A DNA stretch of 42,487 nucleotides from positions 1-42,487 of the IMG/VR virus record IMGVR_UViG_3300020161_000275. One strand, given 5' to 3'. A program made the translations under genes and the position numbers. Below the pieces are notes generated by a model. The model was given only the letters and a program-made list of their open reading frames with translations, made no database searches and was not told the origin of the DNA. This document shows, one piece after another, positions 1 to 8,370 of this stretch; within the stretch, counting starts at the first letter, position 1, and the number at the start of each line of letters is the position of its first letter. The stretch is from a virus. Lineage: Duplodnaviria; Caudoviricetes.

Positions 1-3000
1 CCATGGATAGCTAACTTGATCACTTAGAGCGATTGTGCGTAACATCATGTGCGATGCTGGAACAACTGCATTAGCACCACCTAAGTCTGTAGTAAATCCG
101 TTTGGATAGTAGACCGCGCAGTATTCGTCGTAGCTTACGATTCCAACATCACCGTTATCTAATGCTCCATTAGCGTTAGTACCCCAAGCATTTAAGCTGG
201 TAGCATCTGATGGTAAACGTAAAGGAGTGTCACCGATAACAAAAGCTGTTAAACCTCTATCAATGTTTAGATTTATTAGATTGCTAAGAGTCTCAGGATA
301 TCCTGGGCAAGCAATCAAGTTGAAGTTTCTGCGCTCTTCGTCACGGATTTCCGAGCTTGTATCAACTGTTGATTTCAACTGCTGTACGATTAAAGCACGT
401 TGAGCCTTGCGACCGAACGATCCGGAACCGTCTTCGTTATTAGGCGAAGCTGTAGTCCAACGATCAGTGTCATAGGCGCTCATGCTTTCTCCAGAAACAA
501 AAGCACCACCATTTGGACTGTTAGCTGGGTCGTATCTATCGTTGTCTAGGGCGAGATTGATATAGTTATTGTTATAACGTTTTACGTTACCGCCGCTGCG
601 ACGTAGATTCCATAACAACATGCCTTTTGGATATAGGCTTGGGTCTGGAGCATCTGGGTCGAGATAGTTACTGTTTAATAGATCGACAATACTTGCCTCT
701 ACATTTCCAGTAGCACCGCTGTCTCCGTAACGTGCATCTGCAAATAATATACCGTCTTCTGTGGTTTGATCTGTTTTGTCGATCAACACCCATTCTGTAT
801 TTGCAGCATCGTATCTATAGATAGTTGGGAAGTTTTCTAAATCCGCTGTGCTGATCCATAGATCACCATTTTTCAATGGTGTACTATCTGTTTGTGTTGT
901 AGGTTCACTGGCTGCTACGATAGGTCCTAATGGATCTGTTTTATCTGCAGAAGCTGCTGCATAATAAGGGCTGGTTGTGGTCTTGTAACCTACCCAGGTA
1001 TTTCCATTATGCACCATAATATCTACTTCGTCAAATGCTGGATTGTACCATAGCTGACCATCCTGTGGTTCTGCTAAAGGTTGATCACCGCTGGCAGCAA
1101 ATCTTCCTGTGTCTGCGGCTAGGGGTTTCCAATTTGAAGCTAGATATTCGTCTGCGGCCGCTGCTGGCAATGCATAGAAATTAGCAGTGCCGTTACCAGT
1201 ATCAATGTCATAGGCAGAAAATATATCTGCGATCGGAGTACCAGTTCCGTCAGTGATTCTAAAATCGCCGCCTGTAGTATGAGAAATCTGTACTTCATTG
1301 TCGGCTGTTACTGAAGCTGATACGTGATCAAATCCAGCAGCATTGATAGCTCCTGCTATGTTGTTAGCTACTGTAGAAGCTACACCTGACCCGGTTGGTC
1401 GAGCAAAGTAAATGGTTTTAGCTGTGTCAAGTTCTAGTTCGCCTTTTAGAGACTCGCTGACTGTGAAAGACAATGCGGTCCATGCTGTACCTACACCAGC
1501 GCCGCCTGTGCCGGCAGCGGCTGCGGTAAACACGCTGCCTACTCTATAAACTTGGCTAGTTGTACCAGCGATAGTATTCCAATTAGCTTGTGTTGTATTA
1601 CCTAAGTTGCTGATAATATAAGTAACACCTGCTACGAAAGAACCCGCAGAAACTGATGTAGACGCTGTTACAGTAGCATCTGCGATTTCGCTAGAAGTAA
1701 TTATTGTAGCACCATTGCTGTTTCTGTAATAAACTCGGAACTTGGCTGTTTCTAGTGCAGTTTCATCGCTGTTACTCTGTACAAATAGAGAGTCAGTGTC
1801 GATGTTCACACCGCCACCGCTACGATCTAAGTAGTATAGTGCAGAGTGTGTTGAAGCATAGATTGGTGATGAATATTCAATCCATAATTGTGTGGCTGAA
1901 TTCCAACGTTTAACTCTCCAACGTGCTCCTTGATTAGGTTCTGTGGTTTTGATCCATACTGAACCGGTAGGACGAGCAGTAGCTCCTGTGTCTTTCCATG
2001 TTGGAACAGATGTATGAGGGGTCTGTTGTAGTGCCGGTGGATAGAATTCATCTTCAGACAAACCTAATGTGTCAAACACATCACCTGATACGTCTTCAAG
2101 TTGTAGTCCACCGCTGAGTGTAGAATCTGCACTGATAGAGCTAGAACCATCTGAATAGATATACAATTTAGTATTCACTGCTTTGGCACTGATACCTTGG
2201 CTGCTGCCCAGTGCATTGATACTGTTGACTACTGCTGCAAGTGTAGCACCAGTTATAGTGTTACCGTTGATTTTAAAACTTCCTGTCATTGAAGTTGATG
2301 ATACAGAATTTGTTCCGATTACAGTAGGATGGCTCGCTGTCCACTCTTCGCTGCCTACTAACACCCATTGACCTGGAATTACAGCACCGGTAGTAGATGT
2401 GATAGTTCCGCCTGCGGACTTATACCATATTCTAGCATATTCTTCTGCAGCACCAAATGACTCATCACCTTCTACAGTTTGGAATACCACAGCGTAGTCG
2501 CCGATAGCTCCTATACTGGCTTTTGGTGCGTTGGATTCGATTTTAGAAATGTCATCATCTGTCAACACTAGAGGTGTTTTTAAACTGAATTTCTGTCCGC
2601 CTACAGTAGTTGCGGCTGCACCGTTCCATTCTTGAATGCCGAATGATGTAGTCTGGGTATCTACCCACCATGCTCCATCTTCGGGTTCTGCTCCCGGGGC
2701 GGTAGTCTGTCCCTGGAGTTGATCCAGATCCACGCTTGCTCGAACAATAAATGCCGCGTTCGAAACTCCTAGATAGCTGTAGGCTGCTAGAAGGCCATAT
2801 TCGTTGCGCTCTCCACCATGTACTGGTGTTGCGCTGACTGTCTTTTCGAAAAACGGTACGCCAAATGTATCCACCAGCTCTCGTTGGCTGGTAATTTTAA
2901 ATGCCTTGTTAGCATTGGCTGCCGTGGTGCCTGCAGCAGTGCCTGTGCCTGCTGCATTTGATTTATCCTGTGCTGTAGCTATTACGATAAGTGGAGTAGT

Positions 3001-3072
3001 ACCAGGTTCAGCTGGTGTATAAAAACTCTCGTCGATTACCGTAACTTGTACGCCTGGTGATGTTAGTGCCAT
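1..3072 (-). CDS. gp18: Contractile tail sheath protein (T4 gp18-like), enlarged, 3' end outside window (>1024 aa)
   Basis: Absent from the ORF track because there is no stop in the window. Manual translation from ATG 3072 (AGGAG RBS upstream) gives MALTSPGVQVTVIDESFYTP...ITSQRELVDTFGVPFF...NEYGLLAAYSYLG. The same frame reads DPDAPDPSLYPKGMLLWNLR near 601-660 and PASHMMLRTIALSDQVSYPW at 60..1, typical sheath N- and C-terminal motifs. Frame was spot-checked, not read codon by codon. Confidence 0.93.
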   Translation of the reverse strand, partial: MALTSPGVQVTVIDESFYTPAEPGTTPLIVIATAQDKSNAAGTGTAAGTTAANANKAFKITSQRELVDTFGVPFFEKTVSATPVHGGERNEYGLLAAYSYLGVSNAAFIVRASVDLDQLQGQTTAPGAEPEDGAWWVDTQTTSFGIQEWNGAAATTVGGQKFSLKTPLVLTDDDISKIESNAPKASIGAIGDYAVVFQTVEGDESFGAAEEYARIWYKSAGGTITSTTGAVIPGQWVLVGSEEWTASHPTVIGTNSVSSTSMTGSFKINGNTITGATLAAVVNSINALGSSQGISAKAVNTKLYIYSDGSSSISADSTLSGGLQLEDVSGDVFDTLGLSEDEFYPPALQQTPHTSVPTWKDTGATARPTGSVWIKTTEPNQGARWRVKRWNSATQLWIEYSSPIYASTHSALYYLDRSGGGVNIDTDSLFVQSNSDETALETAKFRVYYRNSNGATIITSSEIADATVTASTSVSAGSFVAGVTYIISNLGNTTQANWNTIAGTTSQVYRVGSVFTAAAAGTGGAGVGTAWTALSFTVSESLKGELELDTAKTIYFARPTGSGVASTVANNIAGAINAAGFDHVSASVTADNEVQISHTTGGDFRITDGTGTPIADIFSAYDIDTGNGTANFYALPAAAADEYLASNWKPLAADTGRFAASGDQPLAEPQDGQLWYNPAFDEVDIMVHNGNTWVGYKTTTSPYYAAASADKTDPLGPIVAASEPTTQTDSTPLKNGDLWISTADLENFPTIYRYDAANTEWVLIDKTDQTTEDGILFADARYGDSGATGNVEASIVDLLNSNYLDPDAPDPSLYPKGMLLWNLRRSGGNVKRYNNNYINLALDNDRYDPANSPNGGAFVSGESMSAYDTDRWTTASPNNEDGSGSFGRKAQRALIVQQLKSTVDTSSEIRDEERRNFNLIACPGYPETLSNLINLNIDRGLTAFVIGDTPLRLPSDATSLNAWGTNANGALDNGDVGIVSYDEYCAVYYPNGFTTDLGGANAVVPASHMMLRTIALSDQVSYPW

Positions 3073-3103
3073 TCCCTAATCTCCTGGTAATAGTTGCTCA
3101 TAT

Positions 3104-3109
3104 TATTTA
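3104..3109 (-). promoter_or_regulatory. T4-type late promoter core (cTAAATA) for tail sheath
   Basis: TAAATA about 30 nt upstream of the sheath ATG; the same motif recurs before other structural genes. Confidence 0.65.
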
Positions 3110-3174
3110 GCGGGTTATTACAAAAATGGATGATTACGCCTATAAGAAAAGGGGCAAAAAAGGTATAGATTGTT

Positions 3175-3180
3175 TAAATA
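3175..3180 (+). promoter_or_regulatory. Late promoter core TAAATA, 5 nt before ATG 3186
   Basis: tttAAATA-tcact-ATG; no Shine-Dalgarno in between. Confidence 0.55.
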
Positions 3181-3185
3181 TCACT

Positions 3186-3521
3186 ATGAGACCACTTTGC
3201 AAATGCGGTCATAGACCCCGTGCAGTCAACTATAAAAAACAAGACAAGACCTATTACAGAAGTCTTTGCGAAATCTGTCTATCTCACGGATTATATTCCG
3301 GAATTCCCAGATGGCAACGGGCCGGGTATAAAATGAAAAGTCAATGCGAAAAGTGTGGACATCGCAGTCCACATCGTGAAGTGTTTAGGGTTTTTCACGT
3401 AGACGGCGATCTTGATAATTGCCGTCATAACAATTTAAAAACAATCTGTTGTAACTGTGCTCAGATATTAGGCAAGGAGGGAATCGCTTGGCGACAAGGA
3501 GACCTCGTCGCTGATTATTGA
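3186..3521 (+). CDS. Zn-binding HNH-like (beta-beta-alpha-Me) protein
   Basis: CKC, CEIC, CEKC and HVDGDLDNCRHNNLKTICCNC motifs. Start moved from 3126 to 3186 (MRPLCKCG), directly after TAAATA. Overlaps the kinase gene convergently. Confidence 0.65.
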   Translation: MRPLCKCGHRPRAVNYKKQDKTYYRSLCEICLSHGLYSGIPRWQRAGYKMKSQCEKCGHRSPHREVFRVFHVDGDLDNCRHNNLKTICCNCAQILGKEGIAWRQGDLVADY

Positions 3522-4124
3522 CTGTATTTTTTGATAAAGATCGTCGATGGTGCTGTTATTGTCTATCTCATGATCAAACTCAGTGCCAACCCATGCAGTT
3601 TCAGAAGCATGGATTTTACGCATTTTTAATTCGTTTAATGCCATGTTGCTGCCTAGCTGATTAGCAGCCAGAGCACATTGATACCAATCAGGGAGTTCTC
3701 CTCTTCGTACCCAAACAATTGAACCTCCGGCATTTTTGATAGAACTTATTTCATTAGGAAAACGACAGTCTGAAATAACAACATTATCTCGGCTGTTGCG
3801 GAGTTTGTTTTCTAATGAAGCGATCCAGATATCATCATGAAAGGCTTTGCGACAAACTTCAGTACCCCAGTACTGCAGGACCCATCTAGGAGTTAGTGTA
3901 GGCATGTCTAAACGATTAGCCCACCATGGATCTATCTGTTCACGCCATTCTCGGGCTTCTTTGGTTCTGCCTTCCAGCATAGTCCTGTCCCAACCAAATA
4001 CTGCGCTCACAGCATCTTTTAACGTCGAGGCAAAACTTTCTCTACGAAACTCGTGAAAGTTTACAAGATAATCAGCGACTGTGTCCTTGCCGCTGCCGAT
4101 GAATCCGCAAATACCTATGATCAT
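3468..4124 (-). CDS. Deoxynucleoside monophosphate kinase (T4 gp1-like)
   Basis: IIGICGFIGSGKDT P-loop, SFASTLKD, TPRWVLQYWGTEVCR, VVISDCRFPNE, HASE; GGAG RBS. Confidence 0.92.
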   Translation of the reverse strand: MIIGICGFIGSGKDTVADYLVNFHEFRRESFASTLKDAVSAVFGWDRTMLEGRTKEAREWREQIDPWWANRLDMPTLTPRWVLQYWGTEVCRKAFHDDIWIASLENKLRNSRDNVVISDCRFPNEISSIKNAGGSIVWVRRGELPDWYQCALAANQLGSNMALNELKMRKIHASETAWVGTEFDHEIDNNSTIDDLYQKIQSIISDEVSLSPSDSLLA

Positions 4125-4144
4125 AATAGTCTCCAGTTAGGACT

Positions 4145-4173
4145 ATTATAAAACCAACTTTTTAAAAAGTCAA
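4145..4173 (-). promoter_or_regulatory. Sigma70-type early promoter for dNMP kinase
   Basis: TTGACT (4173-4168), 17-nt spacer, TATAAT (4150-4145). Confidence 0.8.
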
Positions 4174-4179
4174 GAATTT

Positions 4180-4938
4180 TTATCCAATAATGAATGTATA
4201 TCCGGCGCCGCCGGCAACTAGTGTTTCCAATTCTTTAGTTAGACGCTCTATGTCAGTTGTAGCTTCTGTTTTCATAGCGGCGCCGTTTAGACTAGATCCA
4301 CCACCTGGCCCTGCAATCTGTGCGAATTTTTCACGTGCCTGACCTAGCATCATCTTGCAGTTTGCTAGGCTATAATCTTTGATCCATTGTCCAGCATAGG
4401 TATCTTCAATGATGTTGAAATCGGGTCTGGTGTTGTAGCACCATAATAAAACTTGTTCATCACCCCTGGGCCGTTGCATGATAGTCAATCTACGACTCTG
4501 CGGTTGCCAAGAAAAATTGATAAATGAGCCGAACATTTTTCCTACCAGTTCTTGGTATCCTGCAAATAGCTCGTAAGTAGCCAGCCCGCCCATGTTTGTT
4601 GATGACAACAAATAGGTATTTGTATAAGCTAAGTTGAACGGTTCAAATACTGTGCCACCCGTGCCGTTACCAGATCTAGAACCTATACTTCTGCGATAGA
4701 TTTGACGTACCTGCTGTATTTCTTTGGGCAACACATATTCGTTTTGATTTTCTTTTAGTGTTAAAAACACATAGCTTTCTTCTACAGCATTGTCAGATCG
4801 CTGGCGAAAAACTCCTAGAGATCGATCTAGTGCTGTTTTATAGTGTTCGGGATCTAGCTCTACGTCTATCATACCATCGCCCAACATGGTTTTACAATAG
4901 TCGTAGACTGATTGGCGGGCTTGATCAATATTGCTCAT
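4180..4938 (-). CDS. gp13: Neck / head-to-tail adaptor protein (T4 gp13-like)
   Basis: IDVELDPEHY, WIKDYSLANCKMMLGQAREKF, GPGGGSSLNG motifs; start taken at ATG 4938 just after TAAATA. Confidence 0.82.
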   Translation of the reverse strand: MSNIDQARQSVYDYCKTMLGDGMIDVELDPEHYKTALDRSLGVFRQRSDNAVEESYVFLTLKENQNEYVLPKEIQQVRQIYRRSIGSRSGNGTGGTVFEPFNLAYTNTYLLSSTNMGGLATYELFAGYQELVGKMFGSFINFSWQPQSRRLTIMQRPRGDEQVLLWCYNTRPDFNIIEDTYAGQWIKDYSLANCKMMLGQAREKFAQIAGPGGGSSLNGAAMKTEATTDIERLTKELETLVAGGAGYTFIIG

Positions 4939-4943
4939 ACAGT

Positions 4944-4959
4944 TATTTACCACTAAATA
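4944..4959. promoter_or_regulatory. Back-to-back divergent late promoters TATTTA-ccac-TAAATA
   Basis: Inverted TAAATA cores 5 nt before gp13 ATG (-) and 7 nt before gp14 ATG (+) in a 28-bp intergenic gap. Confidence 0.75.
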
Positions 4960-4966
4960 TAAGACT

Positions 4967-6223
4967 ATGCCAAGACTCAGCCTCTATCGCCCGGAAAAGG
5001 GTAATGACTACAAATTTATCGATAAAACCGCCTGGGAAATGTTCCAAGTTGGTGGCACCGATGTGTTCATACACAAATATCTAGGACCAGGTCAGTCTGT
5101 GCAGGGCGATAATCCTAGTACTCCTACATATGCTTCGGACAATGTCAGTAATATACAAGATCTGCTATTCCTAGAAAATCGAGATCGCAAGTATGATTCA
5201 GATGTATACCTGCTACGGGGTGTTTATAATCTACAAGACACAGATTTTAATCTCAGCCAATTTGGATTGTTCTTACAGAATGATACGGTTTTCATCACTT
5301 TTCATATCAACGATACTGTAGAGAAATTAGGTCGCAAATTGATCAGTGGTGACGTTATAGAATTACCGCACTTGAAAGACGAATATGCTCTCAATGATTT
5401 TAGTTTCGCTCTAAAAAGATTCTATGTTATAGAAGAAGTTACTAGAGCTGCAGAAGGATTTTCAGTAACTTGGTATCCTCACTTGTATCGTGCCAAATGT
5501 AAGCCTTTAGTCGATAGCCAAGAATTTAAAGATATTCTAGATGGGGTAGCTGGCGAAGGATCAGACCAGACTCTTAGAGACATTATGAGTACCTACGAGA
5601 AGGAAATGCAGATTACCCAGGCAGTTCTTGATCAAGCAGAAGTCGATGCGCCTAAGAGCGGATATGACACTACACGTCATTATATGTTACAAAAAGACAG
5701 TGACGGAAGACCGGAATTAGTAACTGTCGACTCTTCTCAGATCTTAGCCAGCACAGAAACACAGGCCACAGGTGAAGACGGAGTTGCTGATCTCAACGCA
5801 GACGGCTCGCCAGTATACCTCAACCCTACTGCAAGTACTATACATCAGAGTCCAGAATACAACGGCCCTATGATCGGAGATGGAGATGGTATTCCTCCTA
5901 ATGGTGCTCCATTTACAGCCAGTATAGCCTTTCCAGTCAATCCTACTGTGGGCCAATATCACCTCCGTACAGATTATCAACCAAAGAGACTGTTTAGATT
6001 TAATGGCACAAGATGGATCAAAGTGGAAGATGTTACACGTATGACTATGAGTAATATAGGATATTCGGAAGTTGATAGCGGCGAAAGATTTGAAGGTAAA
6101 GATGTACGGCTTACACAAAAAACTTCGTTTATCAACAATGAAACAACAAATGTAATCAATGGTAAGACCGTGAAAGAAAAGCAGAGTCTTTCGCAGGCTC
6201 TTAGACCCAAGGCGGACGAATAA
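4967..6223 (+). CDS. gp14: Neck / head-closure protein (T4 gp14-like) with C-terminal extension
   Basis: LSQFGLFLQNDTVFITFH, GDVIELPHL, FYVIEEV, LYRAKCKP; lies between gp13 and gp15; ATG 4967 (MPRLSLYR) preferred to TTG 4931. Confidence 0.7.
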   Translation: MPRLSLYRPEKGNDYKFIDKTAWEMFQVGGTDVFIHKYLGPGQSVQGDNPSTPTYASDNVSNIQDLLFLENRDRKYDSDVYLLRGVYNLQDTDFNLSQFGLFLQNDTVFITFHINDTVEKLGRKLISGDVIELPHLKDEYALNDFSFALKRFYVIEEVTRAAEGFSVTWYPHLYRAKCKPLVDSQEFKDILDGVAGEGSDQTLRDIMSTYEKEMQITQAVLDQAEVDAPKSGYDTTRHYMLQKDSDGRPELVTVDSSQILASTETQATGEDGVADLNADGSPVYLNPTASTIHQSPEYNGPMIGDGDGIPPNGAPFTASIAFPVNPTVGQYHLRTDYQPKRLFRFNGTRWIKVEDVTRMTMSNIGYSEVDSGERFEGKDVRLTQKTSFINNETTNVINGKTVKEKQSLSQALRPKADE

Positions 6224-7686
6224 TGGATTATTTTTATGACGGTCAGGTAAGAAGATATGTGACACAGTTCATGCGTATCTTCATAGGGTTTCAATACAAG
6301 ACCGGTGACGGAACACTAAGACATGTTCCAGTGAACTACGGTGACATGACTCGACAGGTTGCTTCCATTATCAGAGAAAACAGTGAAAACAAATTACCCA
6401 GCGTTCCTAAAATAGCCTGCTATATTTCTGGATTAGAAATGGACACTACTAGACTAGCAGATGCCAGTTTTGTTAGCAAGGTTCAAGTACGAGAACGTGC
6501 CTATGATTTTGACGGTGAAGGTGACCCTGTATATGCTAATCATCAAGGTGCCGGATACACCGTTGAAAGATTGATGCCTACTCCGTTTAATCTTTCTATG
6601 AAAGCGGAGATATGGACCAGCAATACAGATCAAAAACTGCAATTACTTGAGCAGATATTAGTACTATTTAATCCCAGTCTAGAGATCCAGACCACAGATA
6701 ACTATATTGATTGGACCAGCCTGAGTGTAGTTGACCTCAAATCAGTAACCTTTAGTTCTAGAACTATTCCTGCTGGCCCCGATTCTGACATAGACATCTG
6801 TACCATGGAATTTACCATGCCTATCTACATAACACCTCCTGCTAAGGTCAAGAAGATGGGAGTGGTGAGAAATCTCATAATGAATATATTCAATGACAGC
6901 GGAGATATACTAAGTCTAGAAGAAATTATCTATAATCAAGAAGGTGGTGATGTTAGAGTTCGCAACAACTACGGCGACTACAGTGTGTTGTTATTAAAAA
7001 GCGGAAACGGAATTGCTGACAATTTTGATGTCAGTCTGGTAGATTCTTCCGAAGTAGTTTCTGCACTAGGACTAGATCCCCCTGCAAAACAAGGAGATAG
7101 ACTAGATTGGAACTCAGTGCTCGATCAGCACGGGGGGTTCTTAGCCGGTATATCAAAAATTTATTTCTTACAGGCCGACGGAAATGAACTCGGTGGAACC
7201 TTTGTAGTCAACGAAGTAGATCCTACATATCTATTGGTTTCCTTAGACATGGATGGCCGACACGGCAACGATTTTATTATCGATGCTATCATAGATCCCT
7301 ACAAGTATAATCCTAAACGGCCGAACGGAGAAATAGTCGATCAATCAGTAGCGATTGGAACTAAATTTCTAATGTTAGATGATGTCAATAACAGCGTAAA
7401 CGTTGGTCAGACCTACGGCGAAACTCCCTATAACTCTGCGTATGACGGTCCAGATGCGTGGAAGAACTCAGATGGTAATGATCCGGTAATCAAAGCCAAT
7501 AGCATTATAGAATGGTCGGGATCAGCGTGGGTCACTATTTTCGATCCGAGTTCAACTGGCTCTGCTGTATATGCTCAAAATCTCCGAACTGGTATACAGT
7601 ATCGTTGGGACGGTACACAATGGTTGAAATCTTTCGAAGGAGTTTACGCTCCAGGATATTGGAGATTTGATCTCGATCCTCAATAA
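6223..7686 (+). CDS. gp15: Tail sheath stabiliser / tail terminator (T4 gp15-like) with C-terminal extension
   Basis: YFYDGQVRRYVTQF, VPVNYG, PTPFNL, QKLQLLEQILVLFNP; TAATG overlap with upstream gene. Confidence 0.85.
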   Translation: MDYFYDGQVRRYVTQFMRIFIGFQYKTGDGTLRHVPVNYGDMTRQVASIIRENSENKLPSVPKIACYISGLEMDTTRLADASFVSKVQVRERAYDFDGEGDPVYANHQGAGYTVERLMPTPFNLSMKAEIWTSNTDQKLQLLEQILVLFNPSLEIQTTDNYIDWTSLSVVDLKSVTFSSRTIPAGPDSDIDICTMEFTMPIYITPPAKVKKMGVVRNLIMNIFNDSGDILSLEEIIYNQEGGDVRVRNNYGDYSVLLLKSGNGIADNFDVSLVDSSEVVSALGLDPPAKQGDRLDWNSVLDQHGGFLAGISKIYFLQADGNELGGTFVVNEVDPTYLLVSLDMDGRHGNDFIIDAIIDPYKYNPKRPNGEIVDQSVAIGTKFLMLDDVNNSVNVGQTYGETPYNSAYDGPDAWKNSDGNDPVIKANSIIEWSGSAWVTIFDPSSTGSAVYAQNLRTGIQYRWDGTQWLKSFEGVYAPGYWRFDLDPQ

Positions 7687-7689
7687 GTA
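7684..7689 (+). promoter_or_regulatory. Variant late promoter core TAAGTA, 5 nt before ATG 7695
   Basis: Same spacing to ATG as the TAAATA sites; overlaps gp15 stop codon. Confidence 0.4.
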
Positions 7690-7694
7690 CTAGC

Positions 7695-8087
7695 ATGCAA
7701 CAGCGTGCCGGATTACTTTTTTTATCTAAAACTACAGGTAGATTATTGCTGATTTTAGAAAATCAGCAATGGACTGTGCCTACATTTGCTAGAACTGGTC
7801 CTCTGTTAGAAGATGCTGAGACCCTAATGACGACTTATGCCATGGGTAGAATAGTTCCCATAGAGCTATACCTCAGTGAAGATCGAGGGTTTGAGTACGG
7901 CACCTATGTATGTCTAGTAGATCAAGAGTTCCTGACATCTGCTGCTGCCACGATATGTTGGGCAGATTTCAAAGAAATCCCAAAAAATCTTCACACTGGC
8001 CTTAAAACGACATTAAATAATCAGCTGATTAGAGCAAAGATTGAAACTATACTGGTACTAGAAAATGATTCCAAAACTATCAAATAG
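7695..8087 (+). CDS. NUDIX-fold-like protein lacking the Nudix box
   Basis: AGLLFLSKTTGRLLLIL..W.VP start and WADF...LHTGL end resemble NUDIX proteins, but there is no GX5EX7REUXEE. Confidence 0.5.
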   Translation: MQQRAGLLFLSKTTGRLLLILENQQWTVPTFARTGPLLEDAETLMTTYAMGRIVPIELYLSEDRGFEYGTYVCLVDQEFLTSAAATICWADFKEIPKNLHTGLKTTLNNQLIRAKIETILVLENDSKTIK

Positions 8088-8370
8088 CAGTCGATTCGTT
8101 GAAGACTATAAAAATCTACAAAAACGCATTGCAGCGGTCAACGATGCTGACCTACAACGTCAGCTCACTGAAGGACTCTTGAAAATAAAAGATCTAGTGG
8201 GATTTATTGATCGTGCGCATGAACAGATGTTCATCAGTGGGCAGGCTCCTTCCGATACTAAAGAATTTCGAGAATCAATTTCAAAACAGAGAAAGATTCT
8301 CGAAAACAAACTTGTCGAATTTGAAAAGCGCCGGGCTGTTACGCCTGTGCCTCTCCCCAGCGAAGAATAA
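8065..8370 (+). CDS. Hypothetical helical protein
   Basis: 101-aa charged, amphipathic-helix-like ORF overlapping the upstream gene. Confidence 0.65.
   Translation: MIPKLSNSSRFVEDYKNLQKRIAAVNDADLQRQLTEGLLKIKDLVGFIDRAHEQMFISGQAPSDTKEFRESISKQRKILENKLVEFEKRRAVTPVPLPSEE

Noticed and set aside
1827-3022. Short ORFs 1827-2051, 2183-2371 and 2804-3022
   Set aside because: They are alternative-frame or antisense shadows of the tail sheath gene
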